From Monocercomonoides exilis PA203 (lineage: Eukaryota; Protista; Preaxostyla), in assembly GCA_001643675.2 (NCBI GenBank), contig LSRY02000014.1:1240001-1304000 (forward strand): a stretch of DNA of 64,000 nucleotides, given 5' to 3'. Within the stretch, counting starts at the first letter, position 1, and the number at the start of each line of letters is the position of its first letter. Below are positions 48,226 through 59,916 of this stretch, piece after piece. A program made the position numbers and the translations under genes. The notes under the pieces were generated by a model. The model did not search any database. It saw only the letters and a list, made by a program, of their open reading frames with translations, and was not told where the DNA came from.

Positions 48226-48810
48226 TGCTACTCTGACACAAATGATGCAAACAGAGCAGAAGGAGGAGAAAAAGAGAGGCGCACAAAAAGAAGAAGGGAG
48301 AAAGAAAAGGGAACAAACAAGCAATGCGATGGGAACGCCTTCTGCTCTTTCTTTGGAGCCAAAGAAAAAGAACCAAAAACAGCCATCGGAAATAAAAGAA
48401 AAGGAAAGAAGCATCAAAGCAGAATTCGACAAGGAAAAGAATCGCTATTAAAAGAAAGTATGCCAAAAAAGCCCGAAAGAGAAACTCAAATTACAACCAA
48501 GAAAATAATTGAATCATCGAACTTTGCCGATGAATTGGTAAAAGAACGATCAGTTTACCAAAGGTTGGAGAAGCAGACTGTAGAAATTGAAAAGCAATTT
48601 GAAGTCATCTTCAACCAAATGCGTTTGAACGGTCAAATGATGAATTCATTTTTCTTCGATTGTGATGAGTTATCTGGGTTGTACAAAAAGTGCATGAGTA
48701 TTGCACAAAAATTTAGAAAAGTCTGGAGTAAGAAGAGATATAGAAAGAAAGAAAGAGGATTTCTTGGAGGGATGAGAAGGAAAAAGAAAAGAAAAAAAGG
48801 AAGGTGCTAA
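48226..48810 (+). other. In-frame 194-codon extension behind the eRF1 TGA, with an overlapping 75-codon +1-frame ORF
   Basis: Codon-by-codon reading of 48226-48807 shows no stop in the eRF1 frame (next stop TAA 48808-48810). The +1 frame is open 48224-48448. Confidence 0.6.
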
Positions 48811-49449
48811 TGTATTTGTGCGATGTATTGTAAATTGTAGTTATAATTTACTCAAATTTCTTTGAATAATCAAATTGTGTTCTGAATGAAAGTGCATTTA
48901 GAAATTTTATGGAACATTTATGAAACATTTATGAAAGACATTTGGCTCATAAAGATGTCTGAGTTAAGTTCATTCCATTTGTAGAAAATATCTCTGTCCC
49001 AACATAAAAGAGATATGAACATATATTTTTTTAACTTTTTTTTGACTTTTTTTTTCATTTATTTTTTATAATTTTATTGCCCCAATGCAAATATTTTTTT
49101 ATTTGGCCATTTGAAAGTTATTTTTTAAAGATATGGAGCAAAATTCTTGCATTAATGAAAAAAACAACGATTTATTCCAAACTTTTTTCTGTTGTTATGT
49201 CATTATTTGTATTTCATTCCTATGGAAAAGATTTTTTAGAAAAATAAAAAAATCGAGGAAAAAATTATATATGCTGAAAATACGGGAATGCTGGAATTCC
49301 TTAATTTCTTGTATATTGCAATTGTTAATATGGAATAGTGTTGATTTATGCATTTCTTTTTTATTGGAAATAAGTGTGTGATGTGGGGGTAAAAAACCTT
49401 AAAAAATGAATATATTATGGGAAAAAATTACAAAATAAATATTAAAAAA

Positions 49450-50490
49450 TTTTTAGAGTTCGTAATCAGAAGTTTTTTCTTCTTCTTGTGACAGGCCCGA
49501 TGTTTCTTCTTCGCTGTTTTCTGAATCATTTTCCACTTGCTCATATTTTTCATTTTCTATCTCGTATTCACTGACAAATTCAAATATTTCCTAGAAATTA
49601 TATTCTTACGAGGCTTTGACCAAAACCATTGCAAGGTGATCTGCAATTAATGATTTTCGAACTCCGTTCGGTGGAAATGCTTTTCGCAAAGTTCCCCATA
49701 AACCTTCGATCGTGTTTGTGCATGCTTTTGTAACCGGCTCAACGAAATTCCTTTTGTGGCACACTGTTCTGTGTAGATATCCATACGTATTTAAGCATTC
49801 ATATGCCTTCCACTCATCGCTCATGATGATGGCTTCAGGCTTAATGTGTTCAAGAATAATTGGAAGAAGCGTTTCTTTTGTTCTGTTGTGGACAATCATC
49901 ACAAATCGAGGTCCTGCTCCTCCACCATCAAGCCTTTCCACTCCGCCAAACAAACAAATTTGCTCTTTTCTTCTTCCCCTTCAATTCTTTCTTCGACGCC
50001 AGACAGCTTCATCGATTTCGACGATCTTTCCTTTTTCTCCAATATGTATTTGCTTCAAATTCCACATCTTCATGCACACTGCCCTAAAAATGCCTGCACA
50101 AAATGCAACTGTATTGCGATAAATGCCTATTAATTCTGCAGTTTTGTTGATAGAAATTCCAACCCATTGTCACAAATGTGTTCAAAAAGTTTTTCCCAAT
50201 CCTATTTTTCTCTTTGAACACATAGTCCCATCAAAACAGATTTTTTGATTTTGCGGCAAGAACAGTTCCAATATCAAGAGTTCTTATCGTTCATTTGGAT
50301 TGTCATCCGTCTTCGGCATTTCTTGCACACAAAAACCTCGCCTTTGAAAAAACCATGTGAAACCAATCCCACGTCAAATCTTCGTTGTGAAATATGGCAA
50401 AATTTTTTTGAAAAGTTCCATGACTTTAATTTTGTCCCACAAAAGATCAAAAAAGATCACAAGATTTCGATCATTCCGTTCCCATTTTAT
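49450..50490 (-). mobile_element. Merlin/IS1595 (ISXO2-like) DNA transposase pseudogene
   Basis: Zn-ribbon relic CKKC...WNCSC; IGEKGKIVEIDEAVWRRRKN*RGR...FGGVER...NRTKETLLPIILEHIKPEAIIMSDEWKAY...HRTVCHKRNFV...TNTIEGLW (D-D-E triad); in-frame TGA at 49981-49983 and further lesions upstream. Confidence 0.88.
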
Positions 50491-51049
50491 ATTATATTTA
50501 TTATTGTGTTATCTTTTTTTGCTCCTATCAACAATAATTGAGTTTCTAATATGCAAATATTTCGTCAACATTTATATTTTTCGTCGTTTGAGCGTTGATA
50601 AATATCATTTTTCTGTTCATTTGTTTTTAATTTATTATTTGTCTTTGTTTTCATCTTTTTCATTGCATTCGTTTGAATATTCGTTTGATTTTTAAAAATA
50701 TAACGAAATTTTTATCATTTATACTTGTTGGAATAAGAATAGATGAAAAGTTGCTTGATTTGTCTTTTTCCTTGCGTTTTTCATTAAAAAAATATATCAA
50801 TTCATGGAAGGAAAAATTGCTCTAGATTTAAACAGGTGTGTTCAAAAAACAATTAAAAATCCAATAACAAAAATATCAGACAGAATATTATATTTAACTG
50901 ATGTAACATTTAAATTATGAAGGTTTAAAAGATTACTCATATTTTGTAATAAAAATTCTTTTCTTGAGTCACATTTATTTTCGCTGTTATTTTGACATTG
51001 GTTGATAAATAACTGATTGATCTTTCAGATGCTTCTGTTACAGCCGAGA

Positions 51050-54000
51050 CAAATTAATTGGAATTAGAGTCTGACAATGATGCTGAGATGTGCTAAGGGA
51101 TTGAGATGCCTGATGTTGCTTGCGTGCATACATAGCAAATGTTATTGCAATAGCGCGGTGGGCGATGCTTTCTGTTCCGCAAGTGGAGTCGCTTCTGTAG
51201 CTTGTTGCATTGAAGGGCATAATGTCGGGGAGTAAGAGGATCTTTACAGTTGTGGATGTGATTGCGTTTCAGTTGATCTTCGATCTGTTTGACTTGTCGC
51301 TGCTGTGGAAGGCGAATGAGCTGTTGGTTTCACGATCGCTGCAGTTGAGGCGTGTGGTGGAGAAGCTGTTCAACTAAGTGATAGGGCGAAATGCTGCAGT
51401 ATGCAAAGTGGGAGAGAGAGAAAGAGAGAAAGAAGAAGTGAGGAAGGCGCTAGTGACTGCTGAGATAATAAAAGAGGATATATCATTATCGTCAGTGGCA
51501 ATTGATTTTGCATCGCTGAAGGAGCGAGAAAAGGCGGAGGAAGAAGGAGAAATAGAAGAATTCAAGCAGAAGAGCGGAGGACTCGTTGCTGTTTAATCTG
51601 TTGGTAAGCTGAAGGGAAGTGTTCTGATCCAACAAGGCAGTCAACGAATAAGGTGTGTGTTGAGCGGATAAGCGGCCTGCGACTGTACTGGACGAACTGA
51701 ACATGCTGCAGCCAAGAAGTCGGGCAGCTGTGGAGGTCAACTGAAAGAGATTCACCGGAAGCACAATACCGAAGAGGCGCTCTGCGCTAAAGCCGTGCAA
51801 GATTTTGGTTACATATGCAACAGTGTATGGCAGGGATGAAGCAGGCGATTGTGGAAGACTTGGCATACGAGTTTTGTGTTCTTGCCGAACGATTCGTGCA
51901 CAAAGCAGAGGAGCGCAAGTTTGGTTGTGGTATCTGCATCGATTGAAAGGAGCTGATTCTCCATGCTTTTCATGCTTCTTACAGCATACGCACAAGTTGT
52001 GCAATGGAGTGGCAGCGTAGGTTGGAATGGTACATAGATGATTGCGAAAATGTTAAGTTAAAAACAGCGGAGTGTGTTGAGAAGACTTGGGTACCAAAGA
52101 AGGAGCAGAAGCAGGAAATCTGGTAGATTTTGAGTAATTACAAGGTGATGATGTGAGTATAGACTATTGTGAGTGTGTTTGATCGCGCGTCTGAGGCGGA
52201 GACGCAGCTAACGGGGTTGGATGAGGGGAGGAAGACAAGGTTTCAGATAGCAAAGGTAGCGGTGTCGTTCTTCACTTCGGAAAAGAGGCTGGACACAGAT
52301 CAAGAAAACATCCAGTGAAGGCAGTCGTCAGTAGCGCCGCTGGGAAATACGATGGATTCGCAGTCTGAGCAGATACATAGGGTTGTGATGCAGAAGACTT
52401 GGAGGAAGGAGGTGAGCACAGTTGTAGGGGATACGATCTGTGGAGGAGCAGCAAGCGGAGAGAAGATGGCAGTCTCGATGGAGATGAAGAGAAATAAGAT
52501 GATGAACAGGATGATGGGAGAGGGAATGGGATGAACGCAGAACTGAAGAACATCTTTTTTTGGGGGGAGACAACAACGGTTGAGTTGAATGAAGCTACAA
52601 TGGAATTGAAGAGGAGGTGTGTGGTTATCTCGACGGAGGTGATTGCAGTGAAGGTAAGGAATTCTGTTTCAGTGGTGACAGACGATGAGCATGTGGCGGC
52701 GAAGGTGGTGGAGGTGGATCTAAGTCTGTGAGGCGGGAGATCGAAAACGGATGGAAGAAAAGGAGAAAGGAGGAGGAGGAGGAGGAGGAGAAGAAGAAGA
52801 AGAAGAAGAAGAAGAAGAAGGAGAAGGAGAAGAAGAAGAAGAAGAAGAAGAAGAAGAATTAAAAGGAGAAGAACGAGAAGAAGTGGAAGAAGAAGAGGAA
52901 GAAGAAGACGAAGACGAAGAAGAAGAATGAGGAGGAGAATCATGAGGCTAAAGTGAGAGCATTTGAAGAGTGTTGAGATGTGTTTGAGGAGTTGAGCAAG
53001 TTGCTTAAAGAAGAAGAAGAAGAAATTCTGAGAGCTTGGCGATCGATACGGCGAATTTTTGTGTGAGGAGATGACTGTTTCACAATTCAAAAAGGATTAG
53101 AAATTTTCTGTGAAAGCCATTCAGCTGAGTTTGGCAAGGAAAAAGAAGTTGATGATTAACCACAATTTTCTGGGCGCATATGATGTGAGGCTGTTTGAGG
53201 AATAATTCAGAGCCGGCTTTGTTTGCTGGGCCGAATGCAGTGGAGCAGGTGCCTGTGCCAGCAAGACTGGTGGAGTTGGGGCAGAAGGCGAAGAAAAGAG
53301 GAGAAGGAAGAGGAGAAGGAAGAGGAGAAGGAAGAGGAGAAGAATTACTAAAGAGGAGTGTGAGGATATGTGTGGCGCTTGTGGAGAATGTGAAAGTGAA
53401 GATGAAGAAGCAAGCGAGATATAAGAAAGAAGAGGAGAAGATGTTTGAGACAGTGCTTCGATCGGGATTGGATGTTGAGGGGTTGATTGAGGCAGAAGAA
53501 GAAGAAGAAAGAAGAAAGAGCAGTGTGAAAGGAGCATCGGCGCAAGCATTCAACGAAAGAGGGGTTTTGTCACAAGATGAAAGTACATATCAGAACGATG
53601 GAAGTGAAGATGATTTGAGTTTGCGTTTCGAATGAGACGGCAACGATAAAGCTAATGGAGCTTGTGCAGAATAAAGAAGGGATTCTGCCTGACATGCAGA
53701 AGATTATTTTCAACGATGTGCAGCTGAGTGACATGCGCGCAATGGGCGGGTGAAACATTCGGAACAATGACGAGCTGAAGCTGATGCTGTGTCTGCTTGG
53801 AGGTGCAACAGAAGCGAAATAGCAGATGAGGCAGACGAAGCAGATTGAAAGAGAGGTGAGGTTGAGTGGTAGAATGGCAATGTCGATGGTTGAGACGGCA
53901 GGAACAGGTGTATTGGCAGTGTTGATGCTGATAACGTTGATACAATCGAATGCAATACAGAGGATGAGCAAGCAGGAGCGATGCCTCGAAGAGCATTTCA

Positions 54001-55520
54001 GATTGTCCACTCTTTTTGAGCTGATGTTCAGTTAAGTACTAAGAAGTTGTTGAATATGGTCACAGAGAATAAGCATTATGACTTTGGTTTTGCTTCTTTT
54101 AACTCTTTTGCAGATGGTGGTGGAGGTGATGTTGAGGAAGAAGAAGAGATAGCACCAATTGCAAAGTTTCAGTTGGATGAACATTTGAAGGAGGAGAGGG
54201 AGAAATAATATCATCACGTAGCTTCTTTTCTAAATGCTCTAATTGAGTGGAGCCATTTCTGTCTGGGTTATTTGTGGAATCTGCTTGGATGTGAGGGACA
54301 AGATGTGGGAAGCGATACGTGTAAGTGGGAGATGGCTTTTCCTTTTGAGTCAGCGAATATGATTGAAGGTACTGATACGTTTACGTCAGCAGCGTTTGAA
54401 GCCGCACTGATAGATGTTTGTGCGCTGCAGGTTTGCATGGAGAAGGCATAAGAGACGAGTTGAGGAAGGGGATGTTCTTCAATTTGGAGAATGAAAACAG
54501 CAGCTGTGCTGTTTGTGAAGTAGATGAATTCGTTTGATGAAAAGAAAGAAGAAGTGGGATAGGAAGGAGAGAGAGAATGATAAATGCAAACAAGGTAACA
54601 CAGATTTTGGTTAAATGTGCCAGGCAAATGCTTGCAGATGAAGTCGGTAGTTGTGAAGGAGTTTGTGTATGATGCGAGCGAAGAGTGGGAGGTGAATGAG
54701 GAGGGCAAAAGGTGAGGAAGGATGGAGAGTGGGAGAAGATGCGAGCCGGGTTAGTATGTGTGTGTGATGTGGTACTGAATAACACGATGAGAGTGAAGAG
54801 TTCGGTGATGGTGCAAATACAAGCGCCAGGAGAGTTGATCCTGCAACAAATGTGCAGCGAGACAAGAACACAGAGCATTGTTCTAAAGGTGTATGGTACG
54901 CAGATGTCGTTGCATGAATTCTTTTTTCCAATGAGACAAGTGTATAGCGCTATCCTGTGCGTGCGGCAATGCGGGAGCATGACGTGTGTTGCAGACGAGA
55001 GGGAGGGAACCGAGTGAGGGCAGAAACAGAAGGAACAATGGATGAAAAAGTTCGAAGAGGCTGCTCATATTTGTCGCAGGAGGAAGAGAAGGAAGTTTTT
55101 TTCAAGTATCAGGAAAAGGAGAATTATTACCGAGCAGATGTGGAATTTTCAATGAAATTGTTACGGATGGATGTGAAGAATGTGCTTGAGAGAGTGATTG
55201 TGTGATGTTTCCTGCGTGTGAAGATGCACGTGGTGAAGGGAGATGTGTGTGCAAGAGTATCCCCAGCTGATCAATGTGCAAACTTTTGTGTTTGTGCCAA
55301 AGGAAGAAGTTATCAAGTTAGTAGATTTTTATTCAATTATCGAAGAAGGATTCATCCCTCAAATCCGTTGGATTACAAACAAAAGAAGCTATCAAAAGAT
55401 CCTCCATTCACTTTCACTTCGTTTTCATTCCCTGCACGTAACATCATCAAGCCTCATTTTGACTTCATTGTGCTTCCACATCCTGGAAATGCGCTCGAAT
55501 TCATATCTTTGTCTGTTGCG
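51050..55520 (+). pseudogene. Heavily decayed large gene, possibly VIT-vWA (VWA5A-like), containing a ubiquitin-like domain
   Basis: GC/purine-rich coding-like composition with many stops and frameshifts; clear ubiquitin-like block at 53577-53804; only faint VIT/vWA-like fragments. Confidence 0.5.
53577..53804 (+). pseudogene. Ubiquitin-like domain with two in-frame TGA codons
   Basis: MKVHIRTMEVKMI*VCVSNETATIKLMELVQNKEGILPDMQKIIFNDVQLSDMRAMGG*NIRNNDELKLMLCLLGG is exactly 76 codons and aligns gaplessly to ubiquitin. Confidence 0.8.
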
Positions 55521-57220
55521 TAATTGATGAAACAAAAGTTGGCTATTAACAACAAACCTTTCAATTCAAAAATATGTTCAAATAATTAATTTAATTATAA
55601 AATTTATGGTCTAAACAAAATGAAAACCACTAAAATTATACAATTTTCATATGCATTGAACATGTGGAGGCAAATTTTATTTCAGAGAAAAGTTCAGATA
55701 CAGATTGAACATAAAAAAACTTCTGATATAACAAATTACTAAATAACATGAGAATAAAAATTTTTCGAACAAAAATTATTAAGGAACACGTTGTGAACTT
55801 TATGTATCAACAATTTCATGATATACCAAAAATTATTATCGCATATTCATCGAAAATTCTCAATTTTTATTTTGATCCAAATCTTGGATATATTATTTTT
55901 TGTTTCAAAAATTTTTTCCTTATATAGAGGTTTGTAATGAACCAACAAATATCATTATGAAAGTTTGATATATCCATTTGTATAATGGTAACGGAATGAT
56001 TAAAAAATAACTTCCATGGGTCAGATTTTTGATCTGATGTCACTTTTCAAAAAAATTTAGCCATATGTCTAATAACTCACCAGTTAAGTGTATCTCTCAT
56101 TCTGGAGCTGCCATCAAATTAGAAAATTGAAGATCACGAACTAATTTTTGAATAATAAAATGTATAGATCAAAATTTGTATGTTTTTTTATTTCGGTGCA
56201 GAACGAACTCCGATCAATATTGTTTGCTATCATTGCATAATTATTTGTTTTGCATTTGTTTAAACCTGGTTTTTTTCAATTATTCACATTCCCGTATAAT
56301 AAGCATATGCCGAAAAAATTAGTGAACAATATGTGGAAAAAAATCCAAAAAACAAAAAACTTACGTCCTATTTGATGTGATTATGAACATATAATGCTTC
56401 TCAAAACTTTAAAAAATTATATGATAAATTATTGAACAAATGGAGCAGAATATTACACTTCAGGCATTTTCATTGAAAAATTATGTAAATTGAATGAATA
56501 TTTTGTGATCCATAAAACTCATTTGAAATAGATTAATTGTTTTTCACACTTGTGAGATCGCAAAAGTTTCAGAAATTATATAAATGATGTTTGCTTTAGG
56601 AGATGAAAATACTTTTTTTTGAAATCCGGTGAAGTTATTGAAAATTATGAGTGTAATAAATATTTCTTGCACAGTGCATAAAATGCTGATAGTTCATATT
56701 TTCTTTTAAATTTCGAAATTTCCTTCAAAAAAAGTCTCTCGGTTTTTTCATGTGAGCAAAGCCTCTACTCCACCCTTGATATCAAATGCGTTCATCTATA
56801 ACTTCATCACTTCTTCTTCTTCTTCTTCTCCTTCTTCTTCTTCTTCTTCTTCTTGTTTTCATTAGGAATATCATCTTTTCAGTGATTTTGTGGAAAGAAA
56901 AAGAAAAAGAAAAAGTGAAAAAAGTTTGGAGTCTTCTTTCTTCACTGTTTAGCCTTCTGGTTCCTTTGAAATATTTGAAATAGATTTTCTTTTATTGTTT
57001 TTTAATTCTCATAATCCAATTTGTCATCGTCCTTTGAATCTCGTCTACTCTCAGATCAATAAATAATAAACAAAAATCATCTTTATTGTTCATCTACTTT
57101 TTTTATTGAGAAAATTTTGTTTAACCAAATGAGTCAAAGCAAAGAAATCATTGGATCATTCTTGAAATATTTTCTGGCGTTTTGCAAAACAAATTTTGAT
57201 TAAAACTTGATTTTCCATTA

Positions 57221-59916
57221 CAAAGTCTTGGACAAAACTTTGAAAAGGGACAAAACCCGAGAATGCGTATCGAAAAACTCAAAAAAAAAGTGAAAGAAAT
57301 AAATACTGAAAAAAGGAAACATCTTCCTTTTGTTCTTCAATGGAACTATGTTTGACTTTTTATGTTATGATGAAATTATTGAACAAATTCAATTTGATAA
57401 ATGGATCACAAAGTTATAATGTTGGCTTTTTCCTTCGATATGTGTGTATTATGTTTCAAAACATATTTTTTCATTCATAATTTTCGATTTAAAAATTATC
57501 CTTGAATGCTGTGTGTTGAACGCTGAAAGGAGAACAGGCATATTCAAGAAATCATCTCCTTTATTTCAGTGAAAACATTTGTTTTTCAAAAAGTTGTGAT
57601 GAATTCAGCGTTTGAATTCAAAATCTCTTACCAATGATTAACAACCTTTGAAAAATTTATACCCAGAAAAAAGTTATGATTTCAAAAATAATCACCCATG
57701 TCTCCTCTTCCTTCGCCTTCAGAACTTTTGAATGTTTTTGCAACTGCAGAATTTCGAAGATAAAAATCAAAAGTTGAAATCTTGAATTTTCTTATTTCAA
57801 GAAAAGAGATTTCACACCAAAGCATAATATCAAAATGCTTAGTCTTTCATTCCACACTATATCGACAAACATCATCTTTGAAACAATGAAGAGAATTCCA
57901 ACATAATGGCAGACAGAATTTGTTCAATATCGAGAAACAAGAAGAAATAGAAGAATGTGCCAAATCTCTTTATCTTTCAACAGATAAAATGACATTCAAA
58001 GACATCATTAAAATTGTTTGGTTTTTGTTTTGAATTTTCTATTATCTTTTTTGATGTTGTATTTTCAGGCTGAACATGTCATGCAAAGAAAAAACAGAAA
58101 TAAAAATGATGATGGAAAATTAACGGATATTAATGAAAAATGGTCAAGACTGAACAAAAAAGAAGCAATGCTTTTGAAATGGAAAAACCAAAATCTGTTG
58201 TTGTAAAAAGGTTGCAAGCATCCTTATCAACAAATATTTTTGCATGGTTTCCATAACGGTGCGATATGGTTCGAACAAAATTTGCGCCGATCTGATATTA
58301 AATATAGACGAAACAGGAGTCAGTTTGTGTAAAAAGGATGACAATTTCGTAATCAAACGACAGATCAAGAAGACTAAATGTTACACTCCCAACAACATCA
58401 TCCCAACGCAAAATTGGTATTCGGAGTTTTTGCAGATGGATCTTCCATAGATCCAGTGATGATTTGGCACTCAAAAACTGTTCCAAAAGATCTTGCAGTT
58501 TTTTAATATCAACGAATTGAAATTGTGGCAAACGGAAGCGGATGGATAACAAAAAAGAACTCTGAAGAAATCATGCTGAAAAACGTTTAATCCGCTGTTA
58601 ACAAAAAAAGAATTGAACTGCATGGATCGGAAGCATCTGCACTTATTACAATGGATGGGCATTCATCGAGGCTTTGCTGGCCTGTCATAACATGATGTCG
58701 TGAACATTATATTGAAATGGTTTTTCTTCCTTCGCACACCACACATTTGACACAATCGCTTGATCGCTATGTGTTTGCCCAATTCAAAAAAAGACAGCAT
58801 TCATCATTTAAGCCTCCAACAGAAAGTGGAATTTCATCATATCGAAAAGCACTTGTGCCAGCATTGGCAGATGCTGTGAGTACTGCGCTTGACACAAGAA
58901 CGATTAAACAATCCTTCTTCGCTTGCAACATAGAGCCATTTGATCCTTCCATTGTTTTTGACCGACTGCTCAATCAGTCTTCAATTACAAAAATATCTTC
59001 AATAAATTCATCGGACTATGCTTCAAATGGTGTTTCAAACATGAAAGTTCTAACATGCAATGATTTTGTACAGGACAACGAACCAAGTGAAGAAGGCTTG
59101 AAAAATTTTTTCAATATTGGAATGGAATGAGTATTTTTTTAATTAAATTTTATTTTTCCGAGAAAAAAAAGCGAATCCAGAACCTTGAAAAACAATCTGC
59201 AAAATTTTATTTCCTAGAAAAAAGCAGATGACGACAAATGTGATCGGTGAATAAAATGCAAAATGCCCGAATAATCTAAAGAAGAAGAAATGAATAAATT
59301 TTCTTTGTTTTCAGGAGAATAACGAAAAAGAAGACAAGTGTATGATACAAAATGGGGGAAACAATTGTATTTCAGCTAAAAGTGACTTTTCTTTTCAAAC
59401 ATTTTTGTTTTGCAAATTATTGTTAGAATTTTTTTCATTTGGGTGATTCTTTTTAAAAAGTCGCAAATGTTCAATTTTCAAAAAAAATCAAAAATTTCTA
59501 ACTTTGCTCAAATTTCTGTTTCTGCTTACGAATCTTCTAAAGAATGTTTGAAATAGCATTATCCAGAAATAGATTCCTTATTAGAGAAGTTTGGTGTATG
59601 CAAACAAAAATTTGAACAAAATATGAAATTTTCGATTTATTTGAAAATTAAACATTTGCGACTTTTCAAAAATAATCACTTATTTTGTTCGATTATTATC
59701 ACCTAGTCTCATATAAGTATGTGTTTCTTTTCTATTTTGATTTTGAACGCTCGTTTCATGCCATGATCAAGAAAACTTTTCAAAAACATTGTTTGAGCGT
59801 TTTTTCAAATAAATATTTATTTTTCTTGATTCATTATAAAAGAAATCAGGAAGTGGAGTCAATCGTTGAAAAACTCCTCAAATGATAAGGCATTCCAGGG
59901 TTTTGTTCACGACTTT
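57221..59916 (+). mobile_element. Degenerate pogo-like (Tc1/mariner superfamily, DDE_1) transposon with candidate TIRs
   Basis: Frameshifted fragments LILNIDETGV (~58290), MDGHSSR (~58652), MVFLPSHTTHLTQSLDRYVFAQFK (58717) match the pogo D-D-D triad. Imperfect inverted repeats at 57222-57266 and 59890-59916. Confidence 0.75.
59440..59682. repeat. Imperfect ~240-bp foldback palindrome
   Basis: tgggtgattctttttaaaaagtcgcaaatgttcaattttcaaa...ctttgctcaaatttctgttt is the near reverse complement of gcaaacaaaaatttgaacaaaa...ttgaaaattaaacatttgcgacttttcaaaaataatcactta. Confidence 0.75.

Noticed and set aside
48931-48963. ATGA-AAGACAT...ATGTCT-GA hairpin downstream of the eRF1 extension as a SECIS element (UGA read as Sec)
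   Set aside because: Helix is only about 7 bp, the core is out of register, there is no AAR at the 5' side of the loop, and the ATGA belongs to a short tandem repeat (atgaaacattt).
53577-53804. TGA codons in the ubiquitin-like domain as recoded sense codons
   Set aside because: Surrounding sequence has all three stop types and frameshifts, which fits ordinary decay.
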